Assembly (NCBI GenBank): GCA_050125095.1
Contig: JASFEA010000024.1
Coordinates: forward strand, 1-27,150
DNA from: a bacterium
GTDB lineage: Bacteria; Arandabacterota; Arandabacteria; Arandabacterales; JALGWA01
Direction of reading: 5' to 3'
DNA: 27,150 bases
The notes under the pieces were generated by a model. That model saw only the letters and a list, made by a program, of their open reading frames with translations, had not been told where the DNA came from and ran no database searches. Shown piece after piece: positions 17,777-25,741 of the stretch (positions are counted from its first letter, which is position 1; each line of letters opens with the position of its first letter). The translations under genes and the position numbers were made by a program.

Positions 17777-19150
17777 TCAGGGCTGCGCGCGCCTCCTCGA
17801 CCACTTCCTGAGCAGGTCCGCGGCCTCCTCCCGGGAAACCGCCCTGCCCCTTCTGAGCACTGTCCGGCACAGGTATTCCTTTGCGCGACCCACCTCCGGG
17901 CCCGGCGCGATCCCCAGTATCTCCATTATCCGCACCCCGTCCAGGGGGGACTCGAATGACACATCCCTCGCCTCCATCTCGGCCGTGACTGTCCTGATTC
18001 TCTCTCTCAGCCTCCTCACCGGCGTACCCATTCTCGCGTCAGGCGCATGCGCCCTCCGGTCGGCTGCGGCGAGGTCGAGAACGTCGCCCAGGGCGCTCCC
18101 CATCTTCTTCATGAAGCGCCTGACGGCGGCGTCCGTCCAGGAATCGGAGTAGTTCACCATGTGATTCTCGATGAGGAAAGCCACTTCGTTTGTCAGGCGA
18201 ACTGGGAACTTGAGGCGCGCCAGCACCGCGCGAGCCCAGGCGGCCGATATCTTCTCGTGGCCATAATAGACCATGCGGTTTCCCTTGCGCCTCCTCGCCT
18301 CGACCTTGCCGATGTCATGAAGCAGCGCCGCAAGCCGGAGCCGCAGTTCGGAGCGCACATAGGCGGTTGTCTTCAATGTGTGAGTGAGTAGATCGTAGGC
18401 ATGGTATGGACTGCCCTGCTCGAAACCGGCCGTCGCGGAGAGTTCCGGAAGCAGCATCTTAAGGAGCCCCGCTGCCTGCATAAGGGTGAAAGAGGACTGC
18501 ACGCGGCCCGAGACGAGTATTCGAACGAGTTCGTCTCTTACCCGCTCGGCGGCCGGCCTCGAAATCAGATATGCCATCCTCCCCATGCTGTCTCTGAGTC
18601 CGGAGTCTATTGAAAAGCCGAGCGTGGCCCGCAACCTTACAGCCCTCATCAATCTCAAGGGGTCCTCGGCGAAGGGCGTGAAACGATCGGGGTATGGCCT
18701 GAGCTTCTTCGCCCTGAGGTCGCGCTTGCCCGCGCCAGTGGGGTCCAGGACGGCAGCACCGGCGAGGCCGCGAAGGCGGGGTTCGAGCTTCACGTAGAGG
18801 CAGTTCACGGTGAAGTCCCTGCAGAGGGCGTCCTCCGACGGACTTCCCCTCATGGGGGCTATCTCGACTTCGATATTGCCGTCATTCACAAAGACCGTTT
18901 CGGAACGTCTGAATACCACGGGTGTCGAGAAGCCGTGCCGCCTGCTCAAGTAACGCGCGAGCCGCGCAGGCCCCATGCCACTGACGGCTATATCGATATT
19001 GGACGATACGTTTCCCAGGAGGGCGTCTCGCACGGCGCCGCCGACCAGGTAACCGGCTGCCCCATTCGTCTTGAGAAAGAGGCCGATGTCGGCAAGCACG
19101 CCCATATACGGCTCCCGCTCCGGCCGACGCGACTTCGAGCGGGGCGTCAT
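17777..19150 (-). CDS. Class II tRNA nucleotidyltransferase/poly(A) polymerase family protein with HD domain (atypical active site)
   Basis: 'YLVGGAVRDALLG', 'RDFTVN', 'EDPLRLMRAVR', 'AERVRDEL'; HD domain 'H..D...H..LAALLHDIGK..GHE'; 'LGIAPGPEVG'. ATGA overlap with the upstream gene. Confidence 0.88.
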   Translation of the reverse strand: MTPRSKSRRPEREPYMGVLADIGLFLKTNGAAGYLVGGAVRDALLGNVSSNIDIAVSGMGPARLARYLSRRHGFSTPVVFRRSETVFVNDGNIEVEIAPMRGSPSEDALCRDFTVNCLYVKLEPRLRGLAGAAVLDPTGAGKRDLRAKKLRPYPDRFTPFAEDPLRLMRAVRLRATLGFSIDSGLRDSMGRMAYLISRPAAERVRDELVRILVSGRVQSSFTLMQAAGLLKMLLPELSATAGFEQGSPYHAYDLLTHTLKTTAYVRSELRLRLAALLHDIGKVEARRRKGNRMVYYGHEKISAAWARAVLARLKFPVRLTNEVAFLIENHMVNYSDSWTDAAVRRFMKKMGSALGDVLDLAAADRRAHAPDARMGTPVRRLRERIRTVTAEMEARDVSFESPLDGVRIMEILGIAPGPEVGRAKEYLCRTVLRRGRAVSREEAADLLRKWSRRRAQP

Positions 19151-20124
19151 ATCAAGAGCCCCGCAACTTCATCGGGGCTCATTCGCACGGACGAGATGGC
19201 GCGCGGACCGCCCGGCCCGATGAACTTCATGCCTATCGCCGGGCTCGACTTATCGTCGCCATACCTCGCGACCATGGAGGCCGCGAGGTCGAGCTCCAAC
19301 GCCGCATCGGGTCCCGTGAGGACGGCGCTCGGGCCGGGGCAGCTCACGGTTATTATTGCCAGGTCACCTTCACCGAGCGACTTGAGGAGTCTCTCGTTCT
19401 CCCTCTGGTTCCTGCCGATCACGAGCTTTGAGCCCCCGGGCAGCCGGAAGTGCCGGCCCGTCTTGAGGCGGGCCGCCTGCACCATGGAGAGGTCCCCGTG
19501 GGCGATCAGGTCCCGAATGCGTTTTGAATAGCCCGGATCGGTGAGCAGGCAACCTCCCGCCGGAGTCGAATAGTGCTCAAGGCCCAGGTCTTCGGCCAGC
19601 CGCATCTGCACCGCGCGCGACCTCCCGCTGATGGCCAGAAGCTTCTCGCGGTCGACCCACCCCTCCTTCTCGGGGATAGTCTCGGGCAGCAGCCTGGCCG
19701 AGAGAGGCCTGAGCAGCAGACCGTCGAGTCCGCTTTCCTTCTCGATATGCCTTAAGGTATTCATCCGCTGGGACATGGGGCGCTGGCCCGCCACCTCCCC
19801 CGTCACCACGAAGGAGGCGCCCACGTCCGGCATGAGAGCCGCGGCCTTTCGCAGCATGTGTATGTGGCAGTCGATGCAGGGATTGGCGTTCCTGCCGTAC
19901 CCGTGGCCTGGATTCCTGACTATATCGAGGTATTCCTCGCCCATGGGAACGTCGATGTACTCGATGCCCATCCACCTGGCGGTCACCTCCGCCGGCGACT
20001 CGCCCTCGCGCCCCCAGAAGGGAGATATGAAATGGGCGGCGACCGGCTCGATGCCCTGCTGTCTGATCAGCATTATGGCGAGGCTGCTGTCCAGCCCGCC
20101 TGAATGTAGACATATAGCCTTCAT
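19147..20124 (-). CDS. PP-loop tRNA sulfurtransferase-like protein (THUMP-less ThiI/MnmA-like)
   Basis: 'SGGLDS' PP-loop, 'NPCIDC', 'TGEVAGQRPMSQ', 'LRPLSA', 'PAGGCLLTD', 'GRHFRL..KLVIGRN..EN'. Confidence 0.82.
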   Translation of the reverse strand: MKAICLHSGGLDSSLAIMLIRQQGIEPVAAHFISPFWGREGESPAEVTARWMGIEYIDVPMGEEYLDIVRNPGHGYGRNANPCIDCHIHMLRKAAALMPDVGASFVVTGEVAGQRPMSQRMNTLRHIEKESGLDGLLLRPLSARLLPETIPEKEGWVDREKLLAISGRSRAVQMRLAEDLGLEHYSTPAGGCLLTDPGYSKRIRDLIAHGDLSMVQAARLKTGRHFRLPGGSKLVIGRNQRENERLLKSLGEGDLAIITVSCPGPSAVLTGPDAALELDLAASMVARYGDDKSSPAIGMKFIGPGGPRAISSVRMSPDEVAGLLI

Positions 20125-20137
20125 GAAGGGGCCCGCC

Positions 20138-21160
20138 CTATTTCAGGACTTCTTCCAGGAATCGCCTGGCCTGCTTGACCAGTTCGGGAACGGGGAGATC
20201 AAACGGACATCTCTCGGCGCACTCTCCGCATTCGGTGCACCCGCGCGCCTTCTCGAGTAGGTCCCTGAAAACGTCCTGCTGTATGAAAACGTCGCCTATG
20301 CGCTCCCTTATGGTCTTCATATGCAGAAGAAAGGATATGGGTATGCCGCTCTCGCACGGTTGACAGTAGTCACATCTACGGCAGTAGAGCCTGCCGGCCC
20401 GGCGCCTGACTTCTTCAATGCGGGCGAGGTCCCGGTCTGATAGAACGCGGTCAGCCGAGGCCGCCGCGACATTCATCCTCACCTCGTCGACCGAGCCGGG
20501 GCCGGGTATCACCACGGCCTGGGGTATCAGGAGGGCGTGCCTGATGGCGATGTCGTAGTCGGTGATTACGCCGCCGGCCAGGGGCTTCATCGCGATGACT
20601 CCCACGTCTCTCTCCACCGCCATGGGTATCACCTCGTCGGCGGCCTCCGGCTCCAGGAAGTTGTAAAGAACCTGAACGGTGTCGAACCCGTCGTCCTCCA
20701 GCGCCGTCTTGAAGATGTCGAGATGATGGCTGGTGATGCCGATGGAGCCCAGGCGCCCTTCTTTCCTAAAGCCCTCCAGTACCTCAACCCCGCCCCCGGC
20801 CGCCATAAGGCACCCGTAATCCTCCTCCTTATTGACGCAATGAAGCTGGTAGAGGTCGATGCGGTCGACGCCGAGCCGGGAGAGGCTGAGCTCGAAGTCG
20901 CTCCTCACGCCTTCCGGGTCGCGCCTGGGAGTCTTTGAGGCGAGGACGACTTCGGCGTCCAGGCCCGCGAGCGCCGCGCCGATCTTCTCTTCACTGTCGC
21001 CGTAACCGCGGGCCGTATCTATGAAGTCGACCCCGAGGGCGACCGCCTCCCGGACGACGCTTACCGCCTGGTCCTTGCCGATCCTCTGTATGGGGATGCC
21101 CCCGAAACCCAGGCAGGAGACCTCAAGCCCGGTTCTCCCCAGCCTCCTCTTTTCAAGCAT
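20138..21160 (-). CDS. Aldo/keto reductase with C-terminal 2x[4Fe-4S] ferredoxin domain
   Basis: 'LGRTGLEVS.LGFGGIPI'; catalytic tetrad in 'DTARGY', 'ASK', 'QLH'; 'IAMKPLAGG'; CRRCDYCQPC and CTECGECAERCP. Start at ATG 21160 (MLEKRR). Confidence 0.92.
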   Translation of the reverse strand: MLEKRRLGRTGLEVSCLGFGGIPIQRIGKDQAVSVVREAVALGVDFIDTARGYGDSEEKIGAALAGLDAEVVLASKTPRRDPEGVRSDFELSLSRLGVDRIDLYQLHCVNKEEDYGCLMAAGGGVEVLEGFRKEGRLGSIGITSHHLDIFKTALEDDGFDTVQVLYNFLEPEAADEVIPMAVERDVGVIAMKPLAGGVITDYDIAIRHALLIPQAVVIPGPGSVDEVRMNVAAASADRVLSDRDLARIEEVRRRAGRLYCRRCDYCQPCESGIPISFLLHMKTIRERIGDVFIQQDVFRDLLEKARGCTECGECAERCPFDLPVPELVKQARRFLEEVLK

Positions 21161-21217
21161 AGCATTTCCCTTCCTCGTATAACTCAATATCACATCTGGG
21201 AAAGGCGGCTTCAATAC

Positions 21218-21256
21218 AAAAAGCGCCCGGATTAGGGCGGGGATGTGCCCGGGTGC
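21218..21256 (-). terminator. Probable intrinsic terminator downstream of the 21303-21932 gene
   Basis: Minus-strand GCACCCGG...CCGGGCGC stem (one mismatch) followed by UUUUU (AAAAA at 21218-21222). Confidence 0.5.
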
Positions 21257-21302
21257 GGCGGACCGCTATGTCCATAGCGGTAATGTCGGCACGCGCCTGC
21301 TA

Positions 21303-21932
21303 CTACCGGAACATGGCCTTAATGCCGCCCCATGTGGTAGGCTCTGTTGCCACCAGGGGCGGCCCCATATACGGCACGAAACCAATCGCCGCGTAGAAGA
21401 CGCTGTCCACCATGATCTCCTCATAATCGTGATGCCAGCAGCCTATCAGCGATATTCTGTCACCCGGAGTGGGAAGAATCTCGAGTTCACCGGGACCTGT
21501 TGCGGTAAGCCATGCCCACGCGGGGATCAGGAAGCCCGTCCCGTCATTTCCGGGCTGGCATTGGTTATATACAATTGATATCCAGTCGCCGGGCTCCCTG
21601 ATATCGCCGAGGTTGTTGTCGGCGCATACGAACGTGTACCAGGTACTGCCCCACTCGCCCGGCCAGTCCAGTGCAAACTCGACTCCCTGGGTCTCATCGA
21701 AACTGAAAACCACCACGAAGAAGTCGAAGTCGCATGGAAACTCCGCCGACATCCAGTAGTTGACGAAGTCCTGCCTGTCGTTGAGGACCGGCATGTTCTT
21801 GGAGCACCCTCGTTCTTCATGCAGCTCTATATGAAGGCCGAGTTTGACATGCTGGTTCAACAGACCCGCCCCCGCAGGGCAGGCGACGAGAACACAGCAA
21901 AGCGCGAATACAGATAGAGAGCGAACTCGCAT
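21303..21932 (-). CDS. Secreted hypothetical protein ending in 'VATEPTTWGGIKAMFR'
   Basis: Signal peptide, strong RBS AGGAGGAGG (21948-21940), Trp/Cys-rich beta-type domain, distinctive C-terminal tag. Confidence 0.8.
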   Translation of the reverse strand: MRVRSLSVFALCCVLVACPAGAGLLNQHVKLGLHIELHEERGCSKNMPVLNDRQDFVNYWMSAEFPCDFDFFVVVFSFDETQGVEFALDWPGEWGSTWYTFVCADNNLGDIREPGDWISIVYNQCQPGNDGTGFLIPAWAWLTATGPGELEILPTPGDRISLIGCWHHDYEEIMVDSVFYAAIGFVPYMGPPLVATEPTTWGGIKAMFR

Positions 21933-21953
21933 GGTAGCACCTCCTCCTATTCA

Positions 21954-22027
21954 ACTATAGTAAGAAAGCGAGATCATGCAAATGGTCTTTATTTGAGGTT
22001 GCGATGGCTCGCCGAAGCCCCTATACT
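21954..22027. promoter_or_regulatory. Divergent sigma70-like promoters
   Basis: Minus: TTGCAT (21981-21976), 16 nt, TATAGT (21959-21954). Plus: TTGCGA (21999-22004), 17 nt, TATACT (22022-22027). Confidence 0.55.
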
Positions 22028-22057
22028 CCGTTTTCGTAAGCCACCTGAGAGTAAGAT

Positions 22058-23296
22058 ATGAGCGGGAAGACCGGCAATTACATTCTGATAGGCATGGTCG
22101 CGGGCGGCCTGCTCGGTGTCGTCGGCGGCTATTTCGCCCCCCATGCCCTGCTCACAATCAGATTCCTGGGGACCATATTCCTCAATGCTCTCAAAATGGT
22201 CGTGGTCCCGCTCATCATCGCGTCCATGATAGTCGGCGTAACGTCTCTGGGGGATATACGCAGACTCGGGCGGACGGCCGGCAAGACTCTGCTCTATTAC
22301 ATCGTGACGACGGGCGCGTCTGTCATAATCGGCATCATTCTGGTCAACTTGCTCAGGCCGGGCGCGGGCATCGAGAGTTTCGGAAGCTACGTCCCCGACT
22401 TGGTCGCCGAAAGCGAGTCCAAGACACTTGTCGACGTGCTCGTGAGCCTGGTTCCCGACAATATCGTGGCGGCGGCGGCCGAGGGAAGAGTCCTGCCCCT
22501 CATAGTCGTCTCGCTCATCTTCGGCGCCGTCCTTACGACGCTCGGGGAGAAGGGAAGACCCCTCATAGAGGTCTTCAGGGGCCTCAACGCAGCCACCATG
22601 AGAATCGTGGAGATAATCCTCTACTTCGCCCCTGTCGGCATACTCGCGCTCATCGGCGGCATCGTCGCCGAGAATCGAGATACGCTGGGCGATCTCGCCT
22701 CGGGCCTGGGCCTATATGCAATAACCGTCATAGTCGGATTGCTGATACATGCCGTGGTCATTCTACCTTTGATACTCAGGGCTTTCGGCCACAAGAACCC
22801 ATTACGCTACTTCGCCAACATGATACAGTCCCTCGCGACGGCCTTCACGACGGCTTCATCGTCGGTGACGCTGCCGGTCACATTCGAATGTGTCGTGGAC
22901 CGCAACCACGTGGACTCGAGGGCTGCCTCTTTCGTGCTGCCCCTGGGGGCGACAATCAACATGGACGGCACCGCCCTGTATGAGGCGGTGGCCGCCATCT
23001 TCATTGCGCAGATATACGGCATCGACCTCTCGGCCGGCCAGCAGGTCATCATCTTCCTTACCGCCACGCTGGCGTCCATAGGCGCTGCCGGGATACCGCA
23101 TGCGGGCACGGTAACCATGGTCTTCGTGCTGACAGCGGTGGGACTCCCCCTCGAGGGGATAGGTCTTATCTGGGCAATCGACTGGTTCCTGGACCGCTGC
23201 AGAACCACGGTCAATGTATGGGGCGACTCCGTGGGCGCGGCCGTCATAGGAGAGACGCGGGAAATCAGAGAAGGGGCACCGGCAGCGGATTCTTGA
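22058..23296 (+). CDS. Dicarboxylate/amino acid:cation symporter (DAACS, GltP/GltT family)
   Basis: 'FLNALKMVVVPLI', 'AFTTASSSVTLP', 'LPLGATINMDGTALY', 'ASIGAAGIP', 'DWFLDRCRTTVNVWGD'. Confidence 0.96.
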   Translation: MSGKTGNYILIGMVAGGLLGVVGGYFAPHALLTIRFLGTIFLNALKMVVVPLIIASMIVGVTSLGDIRRLGRTAGKTLLYYIVTTGASVIIGIILVNLLRPGAGIESFGSYVPDLVAESESKTLVDVLVSLVPDNIVAAAAEGRVLPLIVVSLIFGAVLTTLGEKGRPLIEVFRGLNAATMRIVEIILYFAPVGILALIGGIVAENRDTLGDLASGLGLYAITVIVGLLIHAVVILPLILRAFGHKNPLRYFANMIQSLATAFTTASSSVTLPVTFECVVDRNHVDSRAASFVLPLGATINMDGTALYEAVAAIFIAQIYGIDLSAGQQVIIFLTATLASIGAAGIPHAGTVTMVFVLTAVGLPLEGIGLIWAIDWFLDRCRTTVNVWGDSVGAAVIGETREIREGAPAADS

Positions 23297-23321
23297 CAGC
23301 AACCTCATTCGCGGATATAGT
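23293..23321 (+). promoter_or_regulatory. Near-consensus sigma70 promoter overlapping the symporter stop codon
   Basis: TTGACA (23293-23298), 17 nt, TATAGT (23316-23321). Confidence 0.65.
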
Positions 23322-23419
23322 GCCTGAGACGCGGCAACGCCGTGTATCCCCTGGTAATTCCGTATTGCCTTGTCCCCTGCTCTATTTGAAGCCACATGTT
23401 CCGGGAGTCCTGAGAGCGC

Positions 23420-25723
23420 ATGCACTTGCACGCAGCCAGCAACAGGGTTCTACTCAAGGCGGCGCCGGCACTGGCGGCTCCGGCCATGGTCGCTCTGGCG
23501 CTGGCGGCGCTTGCCCCGGCCACCCTTTCATTCGCCCGGGAACCGGAGGCTCCAACCGCAGAGGACAGGACTCCGCATCGCATACCGCGCGTGGAGTGCG
23601 AGGTCAGGGCCGACGGCTTCCTCGACGAGCCCTGCTGGGAAGAGGCACTGGTTATGCGCCTCGATTTCGAGGTCAGACCGGGCGAGAACGTCCCGCCTCC
23701 GGTGGCCACCGAAGTGCTGCTTGCATACAACGCCTCAAGCGTGCTGGTGGCTTTCAGGGCATATGACCCCTCGCCCCACCTCATCCGGGCGCGCCTCACC
23801 GACCGCGACCGGCTCTGGGACGACGAATGGGTCGCCATAAACTTCGACACATTCAATGACCAGCGGCGCTCGTTTCTCTTCGTGGTGAATCCCCTGGGAG
23901 TGCAGGCCGACGACATCGAGGTCGAGGGCTCCGACTCATGCCCGTTTGACGCGATATGGGACTCGGGCGGCCGGATAAACGAAGAGGGCTATTTCGTGGA
24001 GATGGTCATACCGTTCCGGGCCCTGAGATTCCAGCGCAGCAGCGAGGACCAGGTCTGGGGTGTCGACGCCATAAGGAGTTACCCGCGGGCCGTGCGGCAT
24101 CATATAGGTCTCTTCCCGAGAGACCGGAACAACAACTGCTATCTCTGCCAGGCCGAGAAGATAGTCGGCTTCGCGGGGGCGACGCCCGGCAGGGGCCTCG
24201 AATTTGACCCCACTGTCTCGCCCCGCAAAACCCAGGCGCGCGAGAGCGTGGGCGGGGAGAGCATTTCGCAGGGCGAAATGAAGGACGTCGAGAACAAGGT
24301 GGATGTCGGTGTCACGGGCAAATGGGGATTCACTCCCAACCTCACCTTGTGCGGGACGGTCAATCCCGACTTCTCCCAGATTGAAGCCGACGTATTCCAG
24401 CTCGACCTAAACACCCAGTATGCACTCTACTACCCCGAGCGAAGACCATTCTTCCTGGAAGGGATGGACATGTTCGACTCGCGGTTGAGATTCGTATACA
24501 CGCGGGCCCTGGCAGATCCCGAATGGGGAATCAAAATAACCGGCAAGGAGGGCTCGAATGTAATCGGCTTCTTCACCGTCGAGGACGCTTTGACCAATCT
24601 CCTATTCCCCAATGCCTACTACTCGTGGGAAGGCTCTCTGGCGGAACCCTCGCATGGAACCGTGCTGCGCTACCGCCGCGACTTCAGCCAGTCGGCATCG
24701 ATGGGCTTCTTCATAACCGACCGCGAGGGCGAGGCCTATTACAACAGGCTGGCCAGCATAGACGGCAACTTCAGGATAACGCAGAAAGACCGCCTGCGCT
24801 TCGAAATACTCGGAACTCACACGCTCTACCCCCATGAGGTCGCGGCCGAGCAAGACCAGCCCACGGGCAAGTTCAGCGGCACGGGCATCGACGTTTACTA
24901 TTTCCATAACACGAGCACCCTGGACTGGTATGGCGTGGCGCGCAGGCTCACGCCCGGCGTGCGCGCGGATCTCGGTTACAGACCGCAGGTCGACTACAAC
25001 TTCGGGGAGGGCGGCCTCGGATACACATTCAATCGCTCGGCGGGTGGCTGGTGGACGATGCTCAACTTCGGCGGAAGCTACCAGTACGAGGAGACCACCA
25101 CGCATGAGCTCATCCAGAAGGGCACTTCGTTCTGGTTCAACTATACTGGACCCAGAGAGTCATTCGCCGACATGAACGTCTATATAGCCGATAACCGGTG
25201 GGGTGGTGAGAATTATCCCATAGAGAGGGTCTTCATCGGCGGCGGCTTCTGGCCGACGGGACGGTTGTATCTGGAAGTGGGCTGTGTTACCGGGGACAGG
25301 ATCGACTACGAGAACTCGCAGGCCGGAGATGAACTACAGGTGGTGCCGCATATAAACCTCAAACTCGGTCTCAACCTGGACATCATCTACGAGCATGAAT
25401 ACAGGCGCCTGGACGTTGCCGGCGGCCGCCTCTTCACGGCAAACCGTGACTACCTCAGGATGGTATATCAGCTGAACAGGCGGACCTTCTTGCGCTTGAT
25501 ACTCCAATACGTAAGTGAGGACTTCGATCCCGACCTCTATATCGAAGAGCATGCTGCCGGGCGGCGGCAGGTCCTTACGCAGTTCCTGTTCTCCTACAAG
25601 ATAAATCCGCAGACGGTGCTCTACCTGGGATACTCGGACGCCTATAAGGGGAACGACGAATACGCCGTAAAGCAAGACAGCCGCACGTTCTTTGCCAAGA
25701 TAGGCTACGCGCTCATACTGTAG
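23420..25723 (+). CDS. CBM9/DOMON-like + DUF5916-type outer-membrane beta-barrel protein
   Basis: Signal peptide; N-terminal 'ADGFLDE..W', 'DTFND.RR..F.VNPLGVQAD', 'EMVIPF..LRF'; then 'TVNPDFSQIEAD', 'YPERRPFFLEG'; C-terminal 'FSYKINPQTVLYLGYSD..FFAKIGY'. Start uncertain (23420 or 23486). Confidence 0.85.
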   Translation: MHLHAASNRVLLKAAPALAAPAMVALALAALAPATLSFAREPEAPTAEDRTPHRIPRVECEVRADGFLDEPCWEEALVMRLDFEVRPGENVPPPVATEVLLAYNASSVLVAFRAYDPSPHLIRARLTDRDRLWDDEWVAINFDTFNDQRRSFLFVVNPLGVQADDIEVEGSDSCPFDAIWDSGGRINEEGYFVEMVIPFRALRFQRSSEDQVWGVDAIRSYPRAVRHHIGLFPRDRNNNCYLCQAEKIVGFAGATPGRGLEFDPTVSPRKTQARESVGGESISQGEMKDVENKVDVGVTGKWGFTPNLTLCGTVNPDFSQIEADVFQLDLNTQYALYYPERRPFFLEGMDMFDSRLRFVYTRALADPEWGIKITGKEGSNVIGFFTVEDALTNLLFPNAYYSWEGSLAEPSHGTVLRYRRDFSQSASMGFFITDREGEAYYNRLASIDGNFRITQKDRLRFEILGTHTLYPHEVAAEQDQPTGKFSGTGIDVYYFHNTSTLDWYGVARRLTPGVRADLGYRPQVDYNFGEGGLGYTFNRSAGGWWTMLNFGGSYQYEETTTHELIQKGTSFWFNYTGPRESFADMNVYIADNRWGGENYPIERVFIGGGFWPTGRLYLEVGCVTGDRIDYENSQAGDELQVVPHINLKLGLNLDIIYEHEYRRLDVAGGRLFTANRDYLRMVYQLNRRTFLRLILQYVSEDFDPDLYIEEHAAGRRQVLTQFLFSYKINPQTVLYLGYSDAYKGNDEYAVKQDSRTFFAKIGYALIL

Positions 25724-25741
25724 CGCATATCCCGTGAAGGG

